Below, piece after piece: positions 1 to 10,515 of a DNA stretch of 16,526 nt. A program made the position numbers and the translations under genes. The stretch is from positions 1-16,526 of the forward strand of contig NW_021825164.1 in NCBI RefSeq assembly GCF_006345805.1, written 5' to 3'. Position 1 is the first letter of the stretch, and every line of letters begins with the position of its first letter. Origin of the DNA: Octopus sinensis. Its lineage: Eukaryota. The notes beneath the pieces were generated by a model. The model saw only the letters and a list, made by a program, of their open reading frames with translations, was not told the DNA's origin and made no database searches.

Positions 1-625
1 GATCGAATAAGCTTGTTAGCTAGATATTCAATCAATTTACTAACAACAGAGATGTGATATTGAACCAGTGCATGTGTTGTTGTTAATATTATTGACATAA
101 TGTCTCTACAAAGACAGTAGAAGAATATATATTATATATACAAAGTGAGTTGCAAGGTACATATAAGGTGTATATATAATATATTATATTAATATATATA
201 TATATTATCTTTATTTGTGAACTTCCAACACTACTTGAGATTTGATGGAGTTTCCACTTAAGAAATGAAATATCTTAAACATTAGCGCAGCTAGAGTGTG
301 AGAAACTAATGCACACGACACATTTGCATCTTTATGTGCGCTTATTGTTAGTCACCGCTTCTTCGGGGTGGAAACAACTGTATCGTTTAACCGCAGAAAC
401 ATGCGTAAGTGCAGAAATGAAAAGGAGTAACTAACTGCTGTATAAACTGAATATAAATCTCTGTTATCCTTTATTATAAATCCACTCTATATACATCTGT
501 GTGTGTGTGTGTGTGCGTGCGTGTGTGTGTTGTGCATTTTCTCGTGATTAACACGCGTTCTCGCCTCTCGCATAAAATGCTCCTCTATTTTACAAGTATA
601 TCTTGTGAGGAGAAATCAAATTCAA

Positions 626-883
626 TAGAGTAAAATCTATTTGCCAACGTAAATTGGCAGTCCTGGTTAGGACGATGTTACTATCTTTCTTTTAACCCCA
701 GGAAAACATCTTTTCTAGTTGGCTACCGACGCACAACTGCATCCTCGAACAAGGGAGCTAATATCTCCACGCAGTTGTGGGTTTGTAGCCAACTGGAAAA
801 TATTTTTTCCTGGGGCTAAAAAAGATAGTAACATTGTCCTAACTAGGACTGCCACTTTACGTTGGCAGATAGACTTTACTCTG
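626..883. mobile_element. MITE-like hairpin element with ~115-bp terminal inverted repeats, probably Tc1/mariner type
   Basis: The left arm 626-740 (tagagtaaaatctatttgccaacgtaaattggcagtcctggttaggacgatgttactatc...) is an imperfect reverse complement of the right arm 771-883 (...gatagtaacattgtcctaactaggactgccactttacgttggcagatagactttactctg). The spacer is ~30 bp. The right end reads ...CTCTG|TA, i.e. a CAG terminus plus TA as in Tc1/mariner; the left end is degenerate. Confidence 0.8.
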
Positions 884-1543
884 TAGTTCTGTTACTACTT
901 ACTTCTCGCTCAGAGATTTAAAACAAATTCAATAGTTTTCATCAAACACTTATTGAAAAATATTTTAATGTTTTGTAGGTAAATATATGATTCTGCGCAT
1001 GACATACTATGCATACAATGTTATGACAGTAAACGAGAATAAAGTATAAAATGAGAAACTTATTGGATATAAATTGCATTATACGAGTGGAGTATTTCAG
1101 TATTATCTTCTTTCAGATCAAGTATATAGTTGTCCATATTTTGGTCCAAAGAATGCCATATTGGATGTAAAACTCATGCTTGTCAATGATGCTTTTTGTT
1201 ACCGCAATCAGCAACCAGAACAATGCTCCACCGATTTGGTTTTATTATCATCAATTTATTGCAAATGGCCCATAGACGAATTAAGGTTTCAAATTCATCT
1301 TTCTTGGAGTATTTTCATCTACCTAATTAAAAAAAAGGATGCTGGGCGAGGAACTATAATGAGTTCATTCAAGGCAATGTTTTGCATGAGCAGATGTATA
1401 CAGAAATTTGAAATGGCAATTTAAGAAAATTTCTATGAAAATTTGTATACAAATACTTCCTCAAAGTAACAGAATTTATATGAGGCCAGTGCTACAAACA
1501 TGAAATGCTTGTCACTTATATAATAACACAAAGGGACAAGATA

Positions 1544-1558
1544 TGTGCGTGTGTGTGT

Positions 1559-1613
<55 letters not shown>
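1544..1613. repeat. (TG)n microsatellite
   Basis: Seen directly in the sequence. Confidence 0.95.
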
Positions 1614-1614
<1 letters not shown>

Positions 1615-1615
<1 letters not shown>

Positions 1616-1830
1616 GAGGCGCATGGTTTTGTAGGTAGGATGTTGCACACATGATGATTTCCTAGACCGGGCAATGCGTTGTTTTTGAGCAAGACACTTC
1701 ATTTCACATTGTTCCCGTCCATTCTGCTAGGAAAAATAAGCAATCCTCTGATGGACTAGTGTCGCGCCCAGGGAGAAATATATACGATAGAGAACTCAGG
1801 AAAAGGACCTATGTTCCTTACAGAGTAATG
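1615..1830 (+). mobile_element. Diverged tRNA-derived SINE (octopus-type; central segment resembles Meta/V-domain SINEs)
   Basis: It begins ggaggcgcatgg directly after a (TG)n tract and contains ttgagcaagacacttcatttcac and cctctgatggactagtgtcgcgcccaggg, which resemble recalled SINE core motifs. The family assignment is from memory. Confidence 0.6.
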
Positions 1831-1849
1831 TGGACTAATTATAAGTGTA

Positions 1850-1852
<3 letters not shown>

Positions 1853-1880
<28 letters not shown>

Positions 1881-1975
1881 CTATATATATATGTATATAT
1901 ATATTATATGTATATCGATATATATATGTATATATAATATATATTATATATATATATTATATATATATTATATAT

Positions 1976-2008
<33 letters not shown>

Positions 2009-2016
2009 ATATATAG

Positions 2017-2068
<52 letters not shown>

Positions 2069-2108
2069 CAAATATATATATATATATATATATATATTAC
2101 ATATATAT
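1853..2108. repeat. Long imperfect (TA)n microsatellite
   Basis: Seen directly; it produces the spurious poly-IY ORF. Confidence 0.95.
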
Positions 2109-5100
2109 AGTATGTAATATATACACGCATATATGTGTATATGCGTACGTACACATTATATGTGTGTGTGTGTATGTATGTGTAGAACGGTACTTACTGA
2201 TCACATCTAGTAAAAGAATTCAGTTTTCCTATGAACATTTTCCTACCAAACGCATATATTTCTGCAACACGAGAATCTGCGTGTGGTACTCTATTAAAAG
2301 ACTGTTCAATGAAAGGTTTGAACTTCAGCAAGAGCTGTCTTGATGGGAATCTTAGTCTGCAGAATGTATTTTGATATAAGTTAAGTATACTATTTTCACA
2401 AAATCAGAAATGGAGTTTCTCTGTTCTTTATCTGCTCTCCACATATATTGCAGACAGAATCTGGATGATTTAAAACACTTTCTTCGTGAGGAATCCATGT
2501 CTTCATCTCCAGCTAAGAAGAAAAAGGAGAAAAAAAGGTTTGAAAGTGAGAGAAGTAAAATACGCCATACTGATGTAATACTAGTGTTGGGATCGCTAAC
2601 GATTAAAACTTTGTTTATTGCTACATTGTGCAACAGAAGAGTTTTTCAGAAAGAAAAATTATAGTTACACACCAATTAAATGGCAATCTCGTGTAATGCT
2701 ATCGGTATTACATGAGAACGCACACTGTGATATGCTCGTGAGCGTTACATTTGTTGATAAGTGCATTATCATAAGACATAGGGCTGCTAGAAACAAATGC
2801 AGGGCGCATTCTTATTCAGTAGCGTGAATATACCTCAAATCGGGTCTAAACTTCGAAGCACCAGTGAACGTTTTTAGAATTTATTGCCCAATTTAATCAT
2901 ATGTCTGGATAAAGTGTTATCTCATTCGCTGTAGAGTTTCATAAGACACTTATTCAACCAACTGACCCACTTCTATTAATGAAAATCAGCCTGGCTGATG
3001 CTTTACGGATGCACTATTTCAAGCTTTCATAAAATATTGCTGGAACGATCTGTCTGTAATATACGTGCATAAAAGTAAGAATGGAGTGAATTATCTGAAA
3101 TTAATCCTAATATGTATAAAATCGGTACTATATATTTGAATATACTTTTCTTATGTTTGTAAACAAAATCATAAATATTTCTACGCACCTACATATGCAC
3201 ACACACGCACAGACATACACATATAGATACGCACACATTTACATATGTACACTTAGACACACACACACACACACACACATATTCAAATATATGTGTGTGT
3301 ATGTGTGTGTATACATCTGTATATGTGAGCATGTCTAAGTGTGTGGTATGTATGTGTTTGCAATATTTTTTCACACCACTTCAAGATCATTTCAATCCAA
3401 CACCTTACAGGAAAACCATTAATGTCAAAACTTTAATAGTCGTTCTTTTATCATTTTTTCCCAACCAACAAAATATTTAAAACAAATATTCACGAATTTA
3501 CATCAAATTAATGTTATTCAATTTATAATACAAGAAACGGAACTTTAGAGTAGGTTCTATGTAAAAATGTTAATTTAACTAGGTGAGATACTTTATAATT
3601 TAATATTGGAATATCAAGAATTTTATCTTAAATTATTACCATAACCACATTCGCCAATATTTCAATAAACTTCATTTATTTCCACTGCATTCGTCTACAT
3701 TTAACTATATCAACTAATTTTCTCATTTCTTATTTTCCTTGCATTCTGCTTAGTATTCATAAAACGCGGAAAGCTTATATTTATGACGTCAGCACCTGCA
3801 TCTTGAAAACAGCAGGAGCTTCTTTCTGTACTTACTGTAATTATCTTCTGATAACTTTTGTATTTTTTTGTAGGTTTGTATTTTTCATCACCAAAAGAGA
3901 AAAACACAAAAACATTGAAAATATAATAGAATGAATATTAGAATAATTAAGCACACTCTTGTGCATATATGTATGTTTCAAGTGAATAAATTTAAGTAGC
4001 GCCCGCCTTATACTTAGAATATATCACTACTCATTTCATGCACTATTGTTACTAAGCAACATGCAAGCATACTGTAATCGTGAAACAACTGTTTTTAGCA
4101 CTGGCACTAAATCTATAATGAAAAAGTTCAGTCAAGAATGACTTGTGCTAAAGTTTTGTGTATTTAATGATTTATGGTGTTAACACAATACCAAGAATTT
4201 GGAGGTGTGTGTATAAAGATGTTTGAATTCATTTTGGGAAAGAAAGAGTTTAAAGATAACTTGATGACAAGTTTAATTTCGAAAGTGATTAATAACATAA
4301 CCAAGGAATTGATATTTCGGTTTAGGTGCCCCAGCATGGCTGCAGCTATCGAGTTGAAACTGGTTAAAGAGTTAAAAAGTGTAAAATGATGTAGTAGACA
4401 GGAATGTAATTTACTTGCTTCTAAATAACGACGATTGACGTCGAACAAAATTTAATCTCCCATGCAGCATGAAAGCAACATGGTCATAAATTTTAGTCGA
4501 AGCTATTTCTCTTAATTAACACCACTAAAACCATTAAAAAGTATGCTCATTCCCTTTTCCCTAAAATATAGCATATTTTATGGCTTAGACGAAAATGATT
4601 TAATTTAGCATTACACATTTAGATAAAATCGAAACCTCGACCATCATTCTAACTTCAATTAATATAAAGTTACCTAAAAGTCATGCGTGAAAACAAAGAA
4701 AAAACAAGGCAGAACGTGTAAGAGAGAGAGAGAAGAATTCTGTAGAACGAGTTTTTGATGATTTTACTTTTATTTCAGGGGAAATATTTCGAGCTAATTG
4801 TTTGCTTTTCTGTGGTTACACGACCTGCGAAAGATCCAGTTAAATTTTCCTCAATTTACGACTGATCGTCTTAAAAAGAGGACACATTGGATAAATGCCG
4901 AGACAAAATCTGGAAAGGTCATAGTTGAAACGAATTTTATTATGAGTAAAATTCAGTTAGGATAGATCTAGGATTAAGCAACTACAATTTGTTAATCTCA
5001 CATTTCCGTCCACTTATGATAATGTGACAATCCCGGAAGATGTAAGTACTACTTAATGGTTATTGTAATCAATACACTTTTTCTTACTTTGGTTCATGGA

Positions 5101-6700
5101 ATTGTCACCGAATTAAGAAGAATTCGTGAAGCAAAATAAACATCAATGTATTGATTTTATTATTCAGCCATTCAGTAAATATTATTATTATTCAGGAATT
5201 TTTTAATGAACCTCATTATTTTGAAGTGATTTCCAGCTACTTTGCATTCAACTGATTATTTTGTTTCATGCCTAAAAAATCTTTCCACTTAATACCAAAT
5301 TTTCTATAAGATTTATAGTACATCTTCTTATCCTAATTAGCGATCTCTTTTTGCTTTCATTTAATCAACTTTTCATTATTTAATATTCACTCATTATCTA
5401 GCTTTCATTTCAGTATATAAATTTTCTCAAGCTTTTCTTTAAACTGATTTTTATGACCTAATATTTACCAATTTGTTCCTCGATAACAAATTGTAGTTTA
5501 CACATAGACAATATGAATTTGACATGACCCTGTAAAAGCTAGCAGTATCTTGAGACGCGTTTTATTTCAGTCAACTAGCTATATATTCTGCAAACTGATT
5601 ATGTATTAGGAGCCCTTATTTCGAACGCACACCAATTACTAGTCATTAGAATAATTGAGAAACAGACAAATTGTTGAAATCCAGTGTTTGAAATATAGGT
5701 TCTGTGTTTCGATCTAAGCATTAGGGGAAACCTATGTAAGAATTGAATAACTAATGAAATCACTGATTCAAACACTCGAAACCCCAAACTCTGTCTCTTA
5801 ATTCCTTGATGCGATGCATTTTATATTTGCATTTTTGAAAATAAAAGTGTGTCATATATAGTTTATTTTATTGCAGTCTTTCTGATTTTTTAAAAACAAA
5901 TTTATATTTTTATGAGATTTTAACAAAAAAAAAAGATATTGAGAACAGAAATATAAAATGCAATAAAAAATTTTGCTTTATCAATATTTTTCTTTCAACT
6001 TTGATGCATGCTTTAGGAGAGATTAAACTCGGCTCAATCACCAATCACAATCAATCATCTTACTAAAGTATCATTGATATTAATACTTTTTTTATATATA
6101 TAAAATGTTTATTTTCCTCTTTGTTGTATTTGGCATAGTTTACTGAAAAATAGATAATATGAAAAGCATAGGAAGTGCAGTTTTGTTTTATATATTTCTT
6201 GCATTCATGTTGATAAAATTTATCGGGTTTCAAATAGTCGTTTTTAATCGGGAACTTTTACATTTCGAAGAAAGTTTCGAGTAGCAGATTTAAGGGTTCA
6301 CAAGGCCTTCAAATAAAGTGTTTTCGAAAATCATATCGTTGATAATTTTTGCAAGTTAAGATTGGTTGAACTAATTTATGGGACTAACTTTATTAGATAT
6401 GGTGAATGACTACTTTTTCTTAGATCTACCACAGGAATTCAATAACATTTAAAAACTTGTAGGAAACAAATTTTTGGATGGCCAACTTTTTAATAAAATG
6501 TTAAGTTAGCCTTGGAATCCCATATGTATAGAAAACTGAATTTCTTTAAAGATTTAGCTATACAATTATTAGTGCTACTTCTTTTAAATCAGCATAAACT
6601 AACCAAATATAATTGCAATAATCTTAACTGTATTTAGTTGTTTCATTTACGCCACACCTTATATCGTAAAGAAACAGTATATGTACCCATATATGTACAA

Positions 6701-6936
6701 GGCGGCGAGCTGGCAGAAACATTAGCACGCCGGGCGAAATGCGTAGCCGTATTTTGTCTGCCGTTACGTTCTGAGTTCAAATTCCGCCGAGGTCGACTTT
6801 GCCTTTCATCCTGTCGGGATCGATTAAATAAGTACCAGTTACGCACTGAGGTCGATGTAATCGACTTAATCCGTTTTTCTGTCCTTGTTTGTACCCTCTG
6901 TGTTTAGCCCCTTGTGGGTAGTAAAGAAATAGGTAT
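6701..6936 (+). mobile_element. Full-length tRNA-derived SINE (abundant octopus family, Deu/Nin-like central domain)
   Basis: It has the head ggcggcgagctggcagaaacattagc (A-box-like), a B-box GTTCAAATTCC at 6775-6785, the central motif gactttgcctttcatcctgtcgggatcgattaaataagtaccag, and the 3' end gtaaagaaataggtat. A possible 9-bp target-site duplication is tatatgtac (6690-6698 and 6934-6942). Confidence 0.85.
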
Positions 6937-7017
6937 ATGTACCTATAGATATGGCGCACGCGTGTATATATAGTATATATATATGTGTACCCATAAGAAA
7001 CTGTATAATCAAATTTT

Positions 7018-7053
7018 ATATATATATATATATATATGTTGTATATATATTTT

Positions 7054-7110
<57 letters not shown>

Positions 7111-7113
7111 ATA
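7018..7113. repeat. (TA)n microsatellite
   Basis: Seen directly in the sequence. Confidence 0.95.
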
Positions 7114-8452
7114 TGTACCCATAAAAACTGTATAATCAAATTTTATTTAGCCCCATAACTAACTCCATCTACCAGTGGAAACGACCTAAGAAGCTGTATG
7201 ATAACCCTAATGAATTACACCAAAACAAAGTCAAAAACGACAGCGAAAAGCAAGGAAACAAACTACTGGACAGCACCGAGAAGTGACATAACAGCAGACT
7301 GAAATCCAATTTAACACAGCTAGAAAATTTCCTTCATCAGCTCCCTCGCGGATATCAATGTGGTTTCAACTCCAAAAACAGAATCGCTACTTCTGTTGAG
7401 TCAAATTGTCTTCGGAAAATCTCCATACTGTTTGAGAGGACACATGCTAAATTTTGTAACCTGTTCACAAATCATAAACATGCACATTCCAAACATTAAA
7501 ACTGAGACATAGACACAAACCTGATTCTTTTTATTAATAAGCATGTCATAAGAACACACTATGATCAACTAACAAATCGGATATACCACGATGAAAAATA
7601 AAATAATAATTAACTAATATGTGTTAGGAATAAATTACTTATTAATAAATATAATAAAAATATATTTTTAATCGATGGGCGACATACACATGAGATTAGA
7701 TCACCAGCTTACAGTCATAGATCATACAGTCAATGAGCTACTATTTCCTCATTCAAATTGTAAGAGTTCTTATGTGCTAAATAAAGATTCCGATTAGTAA
7801 GTGGGACTCGCAGAGGAAAATTAAGCACAAAGCGAAAGTGAACTTATTATCCAATGAGAAATTGAAAGACAATGTATTCCATGGGTAACGTTTTTCAAAC
7901 AGCCCAAGCAAACATCCTCTCGAATTATTCAAAAGCAATTACAACATTGCTCAAAACTTCTAATTTACAACCGAATTTACTTAATAAGTCATCGCGTAAA
8001 TCAAGACTACATTCAAATTGCCTGTTTAACCTTGAAGCTTTAAAACTTGCTTTAACACACGTCTAATATGATTGTATGTAAAGTCAAACAGTAAATCTCT
8101 TTTCTATTACTTATTTTTCAAAAAAAAAAAACACACTCAATAACCTATAATCTAGAATGACAAGATCATGTAAACACATATTTTGTGTGTGTATGTATTT
8201 ATTCTCACTTTACCGAATAGATATTTTTCTGTTTATATTTGACAATATTTGTATTTCTATTTATTCGTCTTTGCAAAACTTGCTATTGTTTTATATTTTG
8301 AATTGCTTTCCAACTGATGGCTCTTGTCTGTATTACACAGGTTTCATTGTTTTTCAAATAAGTCTTGAAATATATGCTTTAATTTCTCCATAATACATTT
8401 ATAATTGACTATCTCCGCTCTTCTATCTATCTCTAGACCTATCACTTTCACC

Positions 8453-8700
8453 CTTTCTCTCTCTCTCTCTCTCTCTCTCTCATTCTCTCTCATCTCAGCT
8501 TACGACTTCCACCTCCTCCACGCTCTCTCGCCTTCCAATCACTTCTACTTTCTCTCTCTCTCTCTACCTCTTCTCTCTATATCTTACTCCCTCTACTTTA
8601 TTATACTGTTTTCATCTTTCTCTGTCTCTCTCTTTGTCTCTCTGTCCCTCTCTCTCTATAAGTATTTTGTCATTTACTCCTTCTCTTCCTCCCTCTTTCT
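8453..8700. repeat. Degenerate (CT)n polypyrimidine low-complexity tract
   Basis: Seen directly in the sequence. Confidence 0.9.
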
Positions 8701-8996
8701 ATGGGTCTTTCTCTGTCACTGTGTGTGGTGTGCTTCACTCATTGCTTCTCACCCATTCTAGTATGTGCACTCAGCACCTCTCATATTAGCTCTCCTTATA
8801 CCTCTCATCCCGTCAATCTATACAACATAAAGCGCTACTGGACAAAGCAATCAGTCAAGCAACATTTATATCGTTTACTATAATACTGATGCATTTGCTA
8901 AGAACAAACTGGCGAAATAGACCTTTTCTCACTAATTAATGCTATTGATGCTTCTCTGTTTAAACAACAGATTATAAAAGTTTCTCAAATCCATCA

Positions 8997-9023
8997 GTCT
9001 GTCTGTCTGTCTATCTATCTATA

Positions 9024-9105
<82 letters not shown>

Positions 9106-9124
9106 GCTAGCTAGCTAGCTATTC

Positions 9125-9155
<31 letters not shown>

Positions 9156-9187
9156 TGTATGTATGTATGTATGTATGTATGTATGTA
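8997..9187. repeat. Compound tetranucleotide microsatellite (GTCT)n-(ATCT)n-(AGCT)n-(ATGT)n about 110 bp upstream of the eag exon
   Basis: Seen directly in the sequence. Confidence 0.95.
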
Positions 9188-9295
9188 TTATAGTATGGAC
9201 CCAATTTTAATTAAATGTTAATCAAACGAGAGTGTTTCAAAGAAGAAAAGAAATCTAAACTGTTGCCTTTCTTTTTTTTTCTTTTTTCTTTTCAG

Positions 9296-9424
9296 AAACA
9301 CCATTATGGCTTCTTTTGCATATAGCTCCTGTTCGAAATGAAAAGGACCAAGTAGTTCTTCTTCTTTGCACCTTCAAAGACATAACAGCATTGAAGCAAC
9401 CATTGGATGATGAAGCCGGAAAAA
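9296..9424 (+). CDS. eag: Internal coding exon of an ether-a-go-go (EAG/Kv10, KCNH1/5-like) voltage-gated K+ channel; PAS domain C-terminal (PAC) segment
   Basis: A long polypyrimidine tract (ttgcctttcttttttttcttttttcttttcag) ends in AG at 9294-9295, and the donor GTAAAT begins at 9425. The exon is 129 nt, phase 1-1, and translates as (x)[42 protein letters not shown]. This matches the EAG subfamily as recalled (Drosophila [36 protein letters not shown]; human KCNH1 [36 protein letters not shown]) and not ERG or ELK. Length and phases also match my recollection of human KCNH1 exon 4. The ORF track missed it and shows only the antisense ORF 9255-9455. I found no flanking constitutive exons in the window. 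Confidence 0.96.
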
Positions 9425-9879
9425 GTAAATTTGTTAGAATTCTTTCCTTTACCATTCCTTGAAAACCATAATGAGTCTGTTAATGTAGTGTGATATAGAA
9501 TTTTTTTTAAAATTACTTTTCAGATAATTAATTTAGAACTACAGCACTTATATATGAGGTATTTGTAAGAAGGGTATTTCTAAGGTTTATAAAAAATTAT
9601 TGTGAGCTTTGCAAATCGCCATCTTTCCTATATTTGTCTCCTTTTAGTAAAAAGCAAACCCTACGTTAAATCTACTAATTCAATGTTAGTTAAATCATTC
9701 TCTTTTACCAAAATGTTTATTGAAATAATGCAGGAAACACCAAAACACGTCAATATTTTAAAACATTGTGTATGTATGAGTGTAGGGTGGCAGTCATTTC
9801 GGGCGTGATAAGTACATTATATATGTTCTTCTCCTTTGCACCCTCAAAAACATAACAGGTTTGAAGCAAACCACTGGAT

Positions 9880-9931
<52 letters not shown>

Positions 9932-10003
9932 TATATATATGCTTTCGGTGCAAATGGTTTTTTTATTACAGCGCCGTCATTACAATCCTGTAAATAATAA
10001 TTA

Positions 10004-10301
10004 TGGTATTTTTATATAGCTTAAAGCTTATGGCAATCACTGGGCAATGACTAAAGAAAATAATCTAATAAAGGGGCATATAAGCCCTCGGCAGAAAAAA
10101 AAGCGTTTCCTATCAGCTGATTCGCTGATGCAAAGGTGACATACTTGGTCACGTTAACAAAGGGATGTGGGTTCCACTCCCATGCGGATATGAAAACTTT
10201 CTTTTTCTGCCGCGGGCTTATATGCCCCTTTATTAGACTATTTTCGTTAGTCTTTGCACGGTGATCGCCATAAGCTTTAAGCTTATATAAAAAAAATACC
10301 A
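10004..10301. mobile_element. MITE-like fold-back element with ~115-bp inverted arms
   Basis: The left arm 10004-10117 (tggtatttttatatagcttaaagcttatggcaatcactgggcaatgactaaagaaaataatctaataaaggggcatataagccctcggcagaaaaa...) pairs with the right arm 10184-10301 (...tttttctgccgcgggcttatatgcccctttattagactattttcgttagtctttgcacggtgatcgccataagctttaagcttatataaaaaaaatacca). The spacer is ~66 bp. No clear TSD was found and the superfamily is unknown. Confidence 0.8.
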
Positions 10302-10302
10302 G

Positions 10303-10350
10303 ATATATATATAGTATATATATATATATATATACACATCATATATATGC

Positions 10351-10425
<75 letters not shown>

Positions 10426-10467
10426 TATATATATATATATATATGCATCTATATATACATAGATACC

Positions 10468-10511
<44 letters not shown>

Positions 10512-10513
10512 TA
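10303..10513. repeat. Compound (TA)n-(GA)n-(TA)n-(CA)n microsatellite between two fold-back elements
   Basis: Seen directly in the sequence. Confidence 0.95.
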
Positions 10514-10515
10514 TA

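Noticed and set aside
961-984. ttttgtag|gtaaat AG-GT motif, and a similar one at 1627-1638, as recursive splice sites
   Set aside because: The pyrimidine tracts are weak, one lies inside a SINE, and such motifs are expected by chance at this base composition.
1074-1424. 116-aa ORF with a good acceptor (tcttctttcag at 1116) whose open frame is phase-compatible with the eag intron
   Set aside because: It has no resemblance to EAG or any family I can identify, only weak in-phase donors, and a non-ATG start. It is more likely chance or decayed transposon sequence. tBLASTx and RNA-seq junctions would settle it.
2230-2560. Stop-interrupted frame (WYSIKRLFNERFELQQELS...LDDLKHFLREE) faintly like hAT/ZBED transposases
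   Set aside because: The similarity is too weak to support by eye and there are no TIRs. An HMM search would be needed.
4174-4389. 71-aa ORF with protein-like composition
   Set aside because: It has no recognisable motif, no convincing splice sites and no EAG similarity.
7148-7500. ~115-codon + strand frame with a single stop (QWKRPKKLYDNPNELHQ...)
   Set aside because: No recognisable domain or splice signals; A-rich strands are depleted of stops by chance.
9255-9455. 66-aa minus-strand ORF
   Set aside because: It is the antisense shadow of the eag exon.
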